Shown piece after piece: positions 1-12,600 of a DNA stretch of 32,000 bases. Position numbers and translations under genes: made by a program. Below the pieces are notes generated by a model. The model was not told the DNA's origin and did no database searches. It saw only the letters and a list, made by a program, of their open reading frames with translations. Positions within the stretch are counted from its first letter, which is position 1, and each line of letters starts with the position of its first letter. This DNA is from Candidatus Thorarchaeota archaeon. GTDB lineage: Archaea > Asgardarchaeota > Heimdallarchaeia > Hodarchaeales > Hodarchaeaceae. The stretch covers positions 30,001-62,000 of the forward strand of contig JBHLRO010000014.1 of assembly GCA_048882505.1 (NCBI GenBank), in the 5' to 3' direction.

Positions 1-650
1 GGAGGAGCAGTGCGCCAGCTTGATCTCGCTTTGTTTGAATCTGAGTGAACACTAATGGGCGTGCGCGGCTACGATCAAAATGGACTTCGACCCAATCTTG
101 ATACATCCACACCCCGTCAATCCGGTTAGTATGCCCCATGGTGAAGCTAGCCGCATTGAAGGCCCCAGTGGATGCAACAGCAACATACCCAATAGTTTCG
201 ACCCTATTATGCGTAACGTGATTATCTTCCTCAATGAAGACACCTTGCATAGCTGATCGTGATACATCGTTAAATCTTACCCAGGACGGGGAGGTGCTGT
301 TCCTAGTTTGAAGTTGGGCCACAACGACTGGTTGACTGACAAAATTAGTGTTGAAGGCGTGATCATAGGCCCCCGTTCCGTTGTGAGTGTAAGATCCTAC
401 CTCTATATCTAATCCCGCTACAGAGTAATTTCCAGGTTTAAAGGCCACCCATTCGACGAGCTCATCAAATGCGGGGGCTGAGGCATTGATACCTTCGATT
501 TTCATCTCAAAACTTGCGGCTGTCACATTTGTGATGGCGACATATTCTCCTTGACTATCTTTGTCTGCTGCGGACTTCTTCTTAATCGAGGCCAAAATAA
601 CTGGAATGTAGGCCAAGGTATAGGGAAAGATCACCCGCAACCAGGTATCA
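1..650 (-). other. At least 3 tandem H-type-lectin-like repeats (~85 aa) in giant protein
   Basis: WLRVIFPYTLAYIPVILAS...ITNVTAASFEMKI...ELVEWVAFKPGNY; HAFNTNFVSQPVVVAQLQTRN...WVRFNDVS...FIEEDNHVTHNRVETIGYVAV; WVEVHFDRSRARPLVFTQIQT (truncated). Matches the F..F...PVV.A.LQT.N...V....F...EE...H..ETIGY.A repeat from memory. Confidence 0.7.
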
Positions 651-3600
651 TAGGGCACCATATCCACGGCGCCAGCGGCGCCGAAAATTTCGTCTGAACT
701 GGGGGTAAACACTCCGTTTATTGAGAATTCAGGTTTGCCATCGAAATTGGTATCATGCCCGAATCGGATATAGCCAGTAATCTCCTCATAATCGGTTACT
801 CCATCTTTATCGAAGTCGATAATGGACAGGGGATCGAGGAGGACATCAATATCTCCATCAGCATCAATATCGCTGGCGTAATATTCGGGAGTCTGACTTC
901 GATAATCATCTTTCTCACCGTCCATGTCAGTGTCGTAGTAGTCGTAGGTGTGATCGAATTCATCACGCACCGTAAGACCATCGCCATCCCAGTCAGCATA
1001 CTTCCAATAGAGCCAAATATCACTTTCATTTGAGGATTGGGAACCAATGACTTTCACATCATACCTGTCTTTGGGGTCTAATCCGAAGTGGAGTTCATAT
1101 ATGTCCCATATTCCGTCCCTGTCCGTATCGGGGTTGTTGGGATCCGTAGGGTCAAATTCCGTCTGGGGGCCATAGACCACGGCAGCGGCATCAATTGAGG
1201 TTTTGACCATGACATCGGCTTTATCGATAGTGCGGTTGGGGTACTGTTGGTTGAGGAGCGCTTTGGGTAACCCCATCACCTCTTCTACGTCCCAGAGACC
1301 GTCCGAATCGCTGTCTTTCTTGAGCGGGTTCGTGCTTGAATATGAAATAACGTCTAAGACGGTACCCCAGACTGGTCCGTTCTCATCCCAGTCAACAATC
1401 ACATCACGATCCCCGAAAAAGGATCCATAATATTCCTCGATATTGATCAGGGTGTCATTATTCTTATCGACGAACGCAAAATACTCCTCGTAGTCGGTCA
1501 AGCCATCCTCGTCGGAATCAGGGACAAAGGGTGAGGCGGTGCGCCAACAAGTGGGACATGTGCTCTTATTAGCAGGAACCCCAAACGTGGGATGAGTGCC
1601 ATTGTGCCAACCGTACGCAATGCCCGACGTACTATTGGTATCCCATTCATCATAGAAGACTCCGATTTCATATCCGTCAGGTAATTGATCAAAATCCGTA
1701 TCAGGATTGAGAGGATCGGTCAGATACTTGTATTTTTCATCAAAGTCGCCAATAAGATCTCCATCGGTATCGTAAATCCCAGGATGAGTCTCGTACATAA
1801 CCACAATATCGTAGTAGGTGGTGACACCTTCGGTGATCATTCCGATAGTAGAGGGCGCCGTATTTAGACTTAGATTGGCGACAAGATGACCATCCAATGA
1901 CAAAATCACTAGATTCTCGTATCCAGGAATGATATTGTCTTTCATCTTGAACAGGGTCATGTCATACCAGGTGTTGTACGTGAGATTGATCGGAAGGTCG
2001 GTCACTGAAGTGTTGGGTAGACCATCCTTCTCAACGTAGACTGTATTAGTCTCAATGTCTAACATAAAAGCGTGGGTATCAAATGTCAAACCTGCTCGTG
2101 CGTTTGGTCCTGCCATATCGGACGTAGTATTGACCAGATAGATCATCTCAGAGTAAATCCATCGGTCGTCATCCGCGGTAAAAGCAGTGGTTAAGGTTTC
2201 TCGACTGCCGGAATTCTGTGCAACCAAATACTTATTCGACATGTAAATGGCTGGATCAGGATAGGTACGGTCGAACTCAAGTTTGATGCTCTCCACTCGA
2301 ATGATATCCCATTCAGTCCGATCTACTGGCGCTTTAACTGTCACATTCATACCGTATATGTTCTGCCACGAGTTGTATGTGGTTAAGTTAATAATAGAGA
2401 CCTCGTGATACGTCCCGTTAGTGGTGGGAAGTGGATACAACACACCGTCAATATATACGTCTAAGGTGTGGTTAAATTCGTCTAGGTAGCGGGTATCTGT
2501 CGCTTTCAAATTCCACTTCTCAACTGTCCAGGTCACCTGTAATGTTGTGTTCTCTATTATGGACGGGTCGTTAATGTCATCGCATGTGGGCTGAAGTGGG
2601 CCTAAGTCAGGATCGCCACACAGGTTTCCAGGTGTTCCCACTGCATCCCAGGATCGGTTCATAAACTCGGGTAGGAAGACCCAATTCAAGGCAGCATACG
2701 TACCATTATCGATGTATTCTCGCATGGTGATACGGGCTTTCGGATCCCAGATTTGACCTTCTATGCTAAAGGTAGGATCGACCCCATCTTCCGTATCATT
2801 GTCTTCCACTTCTAGACCGTATTCCTCAAAACCCATTGAGTGACCGACGATTTGGGAGAATTTTCCCAGATTGGTTGCCATTGCGTCCCCGTACCATGTT
2901 CCCTGTTTGTCAAACATCACAGTGAAGGACGAGTTTGCTACAGGGGTAGTTGCATTGATATAAGAGGAATCTGACGGTTCCATCGATTTATAGTAATCAG
3001 CCCATGTGGTGTCATTTACATAGGAATAACCGTAGTTGGGGAATAAAGTATGGTGGGAATTCAAGAGTGGCACACCATCTTCGGTTACATTCCAATTTGC
3101 TGGATCACTAATCGTATCCCAAGGCCCGTCAGTCAGAAGGGAGGATGAATTATAATGCCAGAAACTATCCCCGAAAATGACCTCGTCTGTGTCATTTAAA
3201 CCATCGAAATCGCCATCACCGTTTGTTATATCGAAGGAGTAGGATGGAAAATCTAATTCGAATTCTTCCCTGTCCGACATTCCGTCAAAATCGGAATCGG
3301 GAAGAGTCATATCAGAACCATATATTGCCTCTAAGCCGTCCTTCAAGCCGTCACCGTCGAAGTCAGGAACGATCATTGCCAATACGCCCCATAGTTCCAG
3401 CTCGGTATCGAAGAGACCATCATCAGGGAAGTCAAAGGTCGGATGGCAGTCGAAATCATCACCACCAGGCGTGCAGGCCGCACCATAGTTCTGTAGAAAC
3501 CGTTCGTTCTCCATGATGTACTGGAGTTCAATTTCATTCTGAATCCCATCCCCATCCACGTCCTGCATTGAGACGAAATTGACCCCAAACACTGTATCGT

Positions 3601-6600
3601 TCACTCGTACCTCGGGAATTCCATCGGGGGTGCCTCCCACATTCCCTGTGTTGTCTGGGTATAACGATTCAGCATACCAGGGGATGTCAATGAAGTCACT
3701 AGGATGTGTGTGCAGATTGACGTTGACATTGATCACAGTTTGTCCCGCCACAGTACTTTGGGCTTTAATATAGTCAGAACTATTCGCAAAATACAAGGCA
3801 GCTAAGGCGGATCCATTTGGGAACATGGGTTGCCCAGGTTGCATGGGACCGCCAAAGATCGCGTTCTGAAGGTCTGTCAACGCGTCATCAATAGAATACA
3901 TACCTGGGTTCTTGTCATCCTTATCGATGTGATCGGGGATCAAGTCGCCATCCATGTCGCCATCCCAGTATCCTCCAAAGGATGCAAAAATTTTCTCAAA
4001 GCCAATATTGAAGAGAACGCCCGTAAGTCCAGAGAACAGTACTCCACGTATTCCTCCTGATGAAACGAAAAGGAACGACTGAGCTGTGAGGTGTACTACC
4101 GCAACAATCATATTAGTTAGTTCTTCGCGTGTTATGAGTTTTAAGTCATTCACAATGGTATCGAATAGTTGCTGTACTACGTAGACCCCAGACGATATCA
4201 GCCAGGTTCCAGGGTTATTTACCAATATGAAGTTCAGAACACCTGCTAATCCTTGAACCTCCGCGCCAAATTGGTTTGCGTAGGTACCTAGTCCCCGTAA
4301 TAGATCCTCTTGGAATCCCCAAGGTTGAACTTCTTGTCCTTCTTGGGGAATCAAGTAATCCATGATCGTCTCCGCGGTGTACTCTAGGACACTCTCAGGG
4401 TTAACGGTTGGTAAATTGGCCCCTCGGTTTTCCTCCTCTCGGAATATCTTCGGGAGGGGTGCTCCGTAATTCGACGAGATTGTCTTCCCCGTTGCTGCAT
4501 AGAGTGAAGCGTTATACTCTTCTCGAGACATCGTTGTCTGCCAATCAGGCCGCCCATCGAAATCCACATCTAAGAAAAGATCAGGATCCCGGCCTCGATG
4601 ATAAAAGGCTTCTTCGCCGTCATCCATATAATTGTTGTCGAAGAATGTCCTGGAATCTTCCCAGATTCCTAATTCGATGATATTATCGAAGTTGGTATCT
4701 TCAACCAGGAACCATTTCTTGACAGGACCACTCAGCAACCCCTGCTGATAGGCGGCTACATCAGGTAAAACCCCTGAGTTGTTCTGTTCCGTGAACCAAC
4801 CATTTGCTGGATCCCATAGCGTGTGATGTTTCTGGTAATAAACATCGGAACGGTTCTCTTCGGGGATGTCTGATCCCGTGTTAATGTGATAATAGTAATA
4901 GAAGTCCAAGGCTGGATCTATTCTTTTCGTTGTCCTTCTATCTCCGTAATCGACCCCAAATTCGTCTAAGTGGTTGATTTGTCCGTCTGAATTAAAGTCA
5001 AACTGGTAGAAATTCGTATTATTGACTAAAATGTCCTCGGACCGATTATGCCCATTCCCTGGAGTCGTGTCAACATATAACTCGAATTCGAAATTTCGTG
5101 TGGCATAGAACAGGCCATAGGACGCATCCGAGATATTTCCAGTGCTATAAATGTCAGTTGGTTCAAAGCTAGATACATTGGAAAGGGTTTTGACATTTAC
5201 GGGGAGCAGGTACGTTTTCCCAAGTTCATTCAATTCGAATAAATTCCAACTATTCTCGACGATATCGTCCCCGTCGTCTACCCAGGGGATCGTCTGGAAA
5301 TATTGGTAGTCTAATTTGTAACTCTTCACATAGATACCAGTAAAGACCCCTGTGATCATCTCCTCAATTGCTTCACTCAAGGGACCTGTCATTTTCTTTT
5401 GATAGGTTTTTCCCTTAACGGCCGCAGTAGATCCTAGTCGATTGTCGAACACATTCATTAAGAGATTCATACCTGGCATTTTTTCAATATCGGTCAAAAA
5501 GCCAATCATGGCCAAAGCCCATGCCAGACTCCCATTCCACACCTCCTCCCAGAAATCAGAGCCCATCATATCAGACCAGAGATCCGCAATGGACTCAACC
5601 ATATAATACCCAAAGATTGTTCCCAGGATACCACCCAAGGCAGCGAATGTGGACTGGATAAATGCCTCTTTAGTCGAAAGTTGGGCCTGATCTCCAAAGA
5701 AAACCTTACTTACCGACCTGCCAACCCGTGAACCACCCTGAGCCTGGATGGTGTTAATAATCTTTGTACCAACGACCTCATCGAGGATGTTTTGATCCCA
5801 GGGGACGTGCATCTTGAGACCTTGCGATCTTTCACGCCCTAACACTCTATGGGTTTGAGTCCACTCATTCAAGAAATACTTATCTCGACTCAGATAATTG
5901 GCTATCAACTCCTTCTTCGAATCGTCTGTGAAACGCAAGAATTCATCATATGTGATGTCATAGTACGCCATCAGGTTTCCAACAAACCCGTTATTCTCAT
6001 CCAGGAATGCACCCAGGTGCATTTCCGACTTCAATTCTGCTAGGATTGTCTCTTCCATTATCTGATTCCGTTCTGCCTCGGTGGAAAACATCATCTCCCA
6101 GAGATATACCTCATAGTCGTCGATCCCGAGATGATCCATCACCTGTTGTTCCACTTCAAAGTCTGCCCGCTGTTTTTGGAAAAAGGCATCAGTCATTGGA
6201 ACGATTTCATAGTCGCGGGTGAACGGGGCATTCAATCGGCACGACCCTGCACTGGTTTCGCAGGTGGGGCGTTCCAAACTCTTGATTACTAAGGCGCCCA
6301 AATTATCCCCTAAGACTAGGATGGTTCTATACGCGGTGTCGGTTTCTACCAACTGGACATCAAGATCAATCTCGGTGGGAACGTTATTGGTTCTGAGGAT
6401 CCGATTCAAAATGTCGCTGATACTAATACCCTGTTCATAAGAGTCGGCTTCGAGATATCGATCGCCAAAATGCTGTTGCAGGATGTCTGTAGGATCTATC
6501 CCGCTGAAGATATCCCTCTGTTCTAACTGGTTTACGAGGTTAATGACATCACCGAGGATCGCCTGACGTAAGAAGGTGGTGAAATATATGGCGCCCTCGA

Positions 6601-9600
6601 TTGGTATATCTACGAAGATCTGTGACAGATCTAACTGCTGGTGGCCCGAGGGATCATCTTGCCAGACCTGCGAGGGGTATTCAAAGAGTAATTTCGTGAG
6701 CATGGCATCCACTTTATCGTCGAGCACATCACGTGAGACGGATATTGTGCCTACGTGTTGTCGTCGGCTGCTATATTGTTGATAATGGTCAGCTACAGTT
6801 CTCAGCCCCATTCCAGGTAGATAGAAAGTATTTACGAGCGTTCCTGCTATTGTGCTGAGTTCGTCGATATTAGATGCTGAATCGACAGAAAATGCTATAT
6901 TGGCCTTGAGTGTGGAGACGGATACCTTGGGGTAATTATCCCAATAAATGACCGCTAGGTCATCCTGGAAAATCTTGTCGAAAATCGTGTTATCTGGGAT
7001 AAGTATTACCCCCGCTTGATTACGTCTAGTTTCCTCATTTCCCGATCCCCAGGCCTTGTCGATTGTAACTAGTCCCCTTGGTTGACCAAGGATCCTGATT
7101 TCAGTTGATGATATCGGTATTTTTCCTCCCAATCGTCGAATCTGAATTTGGGTTCCAACATAACTAATTAGTCGGCCTGTGCCTAACACTTGCTGTTGGG
7201 CATCTACAAATTCTACAAGGGCTCCAATATCGTTGGGATCGAACGGGGCATATCCCTGGTGGTCCACTGTCCCTACACTAGTTGACGGATTTCCCACTAC
7301 GTAATGTTGGGATATTGGGACTGAGCTATCATAAAACGGACTATTTTCGACTGCTCTATCAATGATTTCGAAGTAGTGTCGAACTAACGCTTCCTGCGCA
7401 TCTGGAAACGATAACCTGGAGATTGTATCTAGTATTTGAGCGCCACCATCGTCGGTTGTACGAATTGTAAGTTCCAGGTTTGGGGAACGAAGTAGTAAGT
7501 CGCTACCTTCGATTTTCGTGGCCAAATCTACCAAAATGTCTAGAACCGAGTTCTGATAATCATTAGCTCTACGTTTACGATTGAGGTACAAGGAAATCAT
7601 ATTCAGATTCAGTTTTTGATAAAGACGACTGGTTAATTTCGCAACTCCGTTATACATTGAGCGAATGGAACTCCATGCGTTAGGTGAATTCACACGTCCA
7701 ATCAGAGACATAATTTTTGATCGAAAACTTTCGGTATTTCTGAGAGTAGCTTGTATATCATCAAGATCTCTGCGAGGAGTATTTGACGATGGTTCAGGTA
7801 GATAGGACGCACCAAGCTCCCTCATCTGGTGTATTGCATTTCGACCTACGACTAGCGATTGTAAATCCCCGACGGTCATTCCTAGAGGTCCTCGTGTCGC
7901 TAAATCATTTGTCGCGAGAAGAGCGCCCATGTTTTGTTCCTGGAAAGATAACTCAAGAGAGATAATTCCCAAGAATCTTTTTGTATCCTGGATACTAGAG
8001 GTTGGAGTAGTTCTCTCAATAAAAAATTTGACGTTAGAGGGGTTTTGGACCTCAAAAATCCCATATTTTCCTACCCAAAGCCTCTTATCCAATTCTTCCC
8101 GTTCAGTATCTGTCAAACCAGCTCGAATTACGTTTAACTTTGTACGGGCGTCACTAGGTTTTATCTTCTCCCCTGCGCGTGCCTTCCATCGTTGATATAT
8201 CACATTCTTGTCTTGATCAGAAGCGGACAAATTATTAGGATCGTTGTTGTCAAGCGGCCCGATAAGGATCTCACCACTATCAATGAGTCTATCGATACTT
8301 GTCCATGAGAAATAACCGACATGGCGAACCCATTCTCCCGCCTGGTTTTTATAATAATACTCGACTAATCGGACAGCATCAACAAGCTGAAGGTTACCCT
8401 GTCCCAATTGCAGATTATATTCTCCTATTGTGTCTGGAACATCGGTGAACCTGCGATCATAGAGATAAACACCATGCGCGTCGTCTTTACCGAGTCCTAA
8501 TAGTGGGTCGGTAATGCCATCGTATCCGATATGGGGATTTGCGACCAAGGTGGTCAATATGAGCAAAGCTTGTTTTAATTCACGCTGATTTTGGTCAGAA
8601 ATCTGGATGCCAGCAAAGTCGATGAGAAGAGCTTTTCGTGCAGCCAGAGCTCGCTGAAATGTATCATAAGAACCCGGGTCAGCAGTAAAAAGGTAGTCTT
8701 TTCCGTCAACAGAAATGATGTGGGGTGGATCTGTTGTAAGAAAGTAGGGAAGTATTGGCACAGATGCGAAGGAAGCTATTACGGCCGTTGAAGGTGTTGA
8801 TATCGTCAAACCGCGATCATGAGCATTCCGTGTCGCGTCTCGAATGGACATCTGCCCTTCGAGAAGGAAATCACTAAGAAACTGATCATAATTATCATCG
8901 GGAGTAGGAATTCCGGATACCAAATTTTGTGGGGGATATCGTACGTTTGGATATATATTACGAAGTGGGGAAAAAGGTGCCCAATTAATGGGTAAAGTAA
9001 CATGTAAAATGTCTGTACCCCCCTGATCTTGGTGTATTTGCTGGACAATTTGTTCCACCGTAGGCAGGCGGGATGTTGGATCATCTGTATCACCTTGTGG
9101 GGGTGTATGAAGATGAGCGACTATTCCTTCGCGATATCCTATTATTCTATTATCCTGATCTCTGATCTGGTTAGTAATGCTGATATCTCGTTCATATTTA
9201 CCATTTTGATCAATTCTGCCTGGAAGGAAACGTTTATTGCCAGTACGATACCAAACATCAAACCTACTAGGCTCAATGCGAATTCCCGTCTTGTCAATTG
9301 GAGTGCCCTCCAGATCCTCACCGTCAACAATGTTCTGTTGCTCCATGGCTCTTCTGCCTATTAACGAGTTCTTGACAAGACTCACTACAGATTGGATGAT
9401 GTTTCGTCCAAAAGATGAAACCTTAGAGGGGCGATTAGGAACATTGGAACCTGCAACAGGCTGTCCACTCATCTCGGATTCGGACTGAATCACTGGTTCG
9501 CCTTCATACACCCCATAATTTTCAGTGATCATTCTAAATGAGTGTCCGACTGCACTGGCATCAGGATGGTTTTCCAGGATACTGAGAAAAGTCAATATCT

Positions 9601-12600
9601 TGCTAACGAAATCTCTAGCCGGACTTCGGAGGGGGAGATCGTTATCAAGGTCATTATCCGCGAATACGAAGAAATTGGCTCCAATATTTGGATATTTAGT
9701 TAACAATTCTTGTAACTCGGGTTCTGTCAACAAATCCTCCTTTTTCCGGCTGATATTATTCTTACGGAGCTGATACACCAGTTTGTTCACCTCACTATAA
9801 TCCCAATCAAGAAAGTGGGAATCCCCCGGTAAGGCGTCCTTATCGTACTCTTTAGTTATTATTAGGATAACGATGTGTTCGTCTCCTCGAGCATCCTTAA
9901 CTCGTACTGGCTCCAACTTAGCAAACTCATGGGTGATATACTCGGAGTCAATGGTTTCCGTTACCATTATTTGATTCGCTGTTTGGACAAGATTTCCATC
10001 AACTCCCGAATAGTCATCACTTGCGAACAACTTACTCATCATTTGTTTGATATTACTAATGACCAGTGTCACTCCTGTCTTGGTACTGAATTCTAGGTCA
10101 GAACCTGAGAGTTGTCCTTCTAATGTGGCCCCCAAGGAGGTTTCAGGATCTTCCCGCAAGATTCTGGTACGAAAAGTACCTTTAGCTAAATCTTCGATAA
10201 GTTCTATGACCAAAGATTGAGTGGTATATCGGCCAGACTCGTCAGGGGTGAATTGTCTTTGCAACTCGGCTTCTATGGTCGCGGTTCGCGTATCATCTAG
10301 ATTCAATAAACTTCTCGCAAATTCTCCATACGGAATGGTTATTGTTTCCCCAGAAGGATCTAATCGTCTAAAATTCAGCATCACCTTTCCGTCTCGAAGG
10401 GTAAAATGTAACCTTTGATTGATCTTCCTCGTAAACTTGTACTTTACGGTTCCTCCAAAATTAGACTGGAGATAGCTGAGAAACTGATTTATGGTCCTTG
10501 TCCTGCGCAGCTGTTTGGAAGCACTGGTTGTGCGTAGTAGGTTCTGTTTCTCGTGGGTTGACCGTTGATAGATGGCCCTCGTTCCATCACGAAACGGACG
10601 TTTTGGAGTTTTCATCAACCAACCTTCCGTTACTAACTTCTTGAATCTCTGTAAGATCGCATTTGTTTTTGTACCCACATATTGGACAATCCTTCCGCCT
10701 GCGCTGGTTTTGATCCCAACAACATGTTTCCATATAGTTTTGCCAGTCTTTTGTAGAACAGGGTATTGCACATTCTGAATGGCCTCATCTATCTGATTTT
10801 CACCACCGAGATATGGGATGGACAGATGCCTGGTCTTTTCTTCAAATGTTTTCTCCCACGTTCTCACGGTTTGTGCTGAATTAAGCGTTAATAACTCATC
10901 GCGCGGTGTGCCTTCCCAAAGATAGCCAAGAATGGGATCATGGATCTGCCGATACACATAATTCGGAGCAACTTCTATGATTTGCTGGGTAAACGGATCA
11001 ATACGCAATACATTCGTATTTTCTCCGTAAGGAGAGGCGCGTCCTGATCGATCGGCGAGAAATTCTGGTGTGAATTCTCGATCCCCATCTGAGTTGACTT
11101 GAGTGAGAGGGCCATTCGCTAGCTTATAAGATTCGAGTTCATTCCCAAATCTGTATAGACCTAGAGTGCTAAGTACCTCTTTTGTCGGGCCCTCGTCCAA
11201 AAGTTTAGTATCAAAAAATGTCTTGAAATAGTCTTGTACGGCCTGAGGTTGGTTAGCAAGAGATTTCGGGTTGAGCTTGGAGCTATCCTCAAACTCAATA
11301 AACGATTGAATTTGAGGGGTGATAATGTTAGCATCGGAATAGAAATATTGGACTGCTAGTCTAAAGAACTCTTCTTGGCTGACCCAATCCATTAATCCCT
11401 TATATAAAAAGAATTTTCGAAGTGAATAAATTTCAGATCCTCCCATCGAACCTAAAGTGGCATCCTGACTAGTCACTCGGCCGTCTTTAACCCATCCAGT
11501 AATCGGGATTTGGATGGTAGTACGTCCTGCTGGATCCTCTCCAGGTTCTAACCAGGCATACGTGCCATCTGAGGTAAGAACTGCTGTCACGATACGATGC
11601 AATCCTGGTATCCAAGCAAAGGGGATACTTCCCCAGGAACTAGTTGGTTGTGTGAATGAAATCTGGCCTGTTCGAATATCCCACCAGGCGGGGCGACGTG
11701 TGTTGCTTCCTTCCTCTTGGTTTCCGTCACGTTGATAATTATAGTTTGCATCCTGAGCTGCAATGGGGGAAGGATTCTGCCATCCGTTTGGCCCAGGAGA
11801 AACATCGAGGTCACGCGCAACGACGCGTGTGCCAGAGATTCCAATATCCGCAGAGATCTCACGGACGAATTGAAAACGCGAAGCTCTCCCTGATGGGTGT
11901 CGAACCACAAAGCCGTTATCGATAGCGCTTTGGAAGGCCAAGTCAAATTGAGGTTCATGGGTGCCGTAGATTTGTTTCATGGTTAAGACGGGGTGATTAT
12001 TGGGATTCTGGGGATCAGGATCCTCTAGAGCGCGAGTAGTCTGGTCATCTTCCCACCATGCCTTCGTGGATCCTGGTCGAAATACTGAAAAGATGACTTT
12101 ATCGTTCCACTTAGACCCCGTCGGATCTGGGAATGTGGGATCCTGTTGATGGAGATTAAGAGCCTCTGCGTAGGTGACACAGAAAACTTTGCCATCATGC
12201 TGGACGTATTTATACATGAAAGTATTTTGCCATTCTTGATCGATGGCTGATCCTGTCTTAGGGTTTTTTATACCTCTCATTCGTTGATGGTAAGATTTAA
12301 GAGAAAGTAATTGCCAGGAGAACTGATTGTCCCTAGTACTGCCTGATCCGGCCATTTGTTTAGGGACACTGACCGCCGCGTATGTTGTATCGGACGAATC
12401 GATAATACCCTCACTCATCTCCGCGATTAACTCCCCAGTCTCAGGATGGGTAAGGACTTCTCGTGCTACTTGGGATTTCGCATTGAAGAATGCCGCCGAT
12501 GTAAGGAAAACAAGCGGAGTACCTGTTAACCAACGATCACGCTGACTCCTGCCATCATACGCAGGATCACTCACCTCAGTAACTTGAGAAATGTGTCGGT

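Noticed and set aside
590-650. Hydrophobic run followed by KKK (WLRVIFPYTLAYIPVILASIKKK), resembling a C-terminal TM anchor
   Set aside because: It aligns with the first strands of the lectin-like repeat (W..V.F...PV..A), and the ORF continues.
2831-2845. GHSMG, a lipase-like G-x-S-x-G nucleophile elbow
   Set aside because: The surrounding sequence is beta-sandwich-like, with no alpha/beta-hydrolase context or identifiable Asp/His partners. Likely chance in 7,000 aa; HHpred would settle it.
3701-9115. HTHP (3712-3701) and HLHT (9115-9104) as JAB/MPN metalloprotease motifs
   Set aside because: Neither is followed by the required x7-S-x2-D.
6640-12135. DPxG motifs (DPTG ~12125, DPSG ~10350 and ~6650) as RHS autoproteolysis sites
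   Set aside because: No YD/RHS repeats and no full PxxxxDPxG consensus. I also saw no Hint/intein motif anywhere in the giant ORF.
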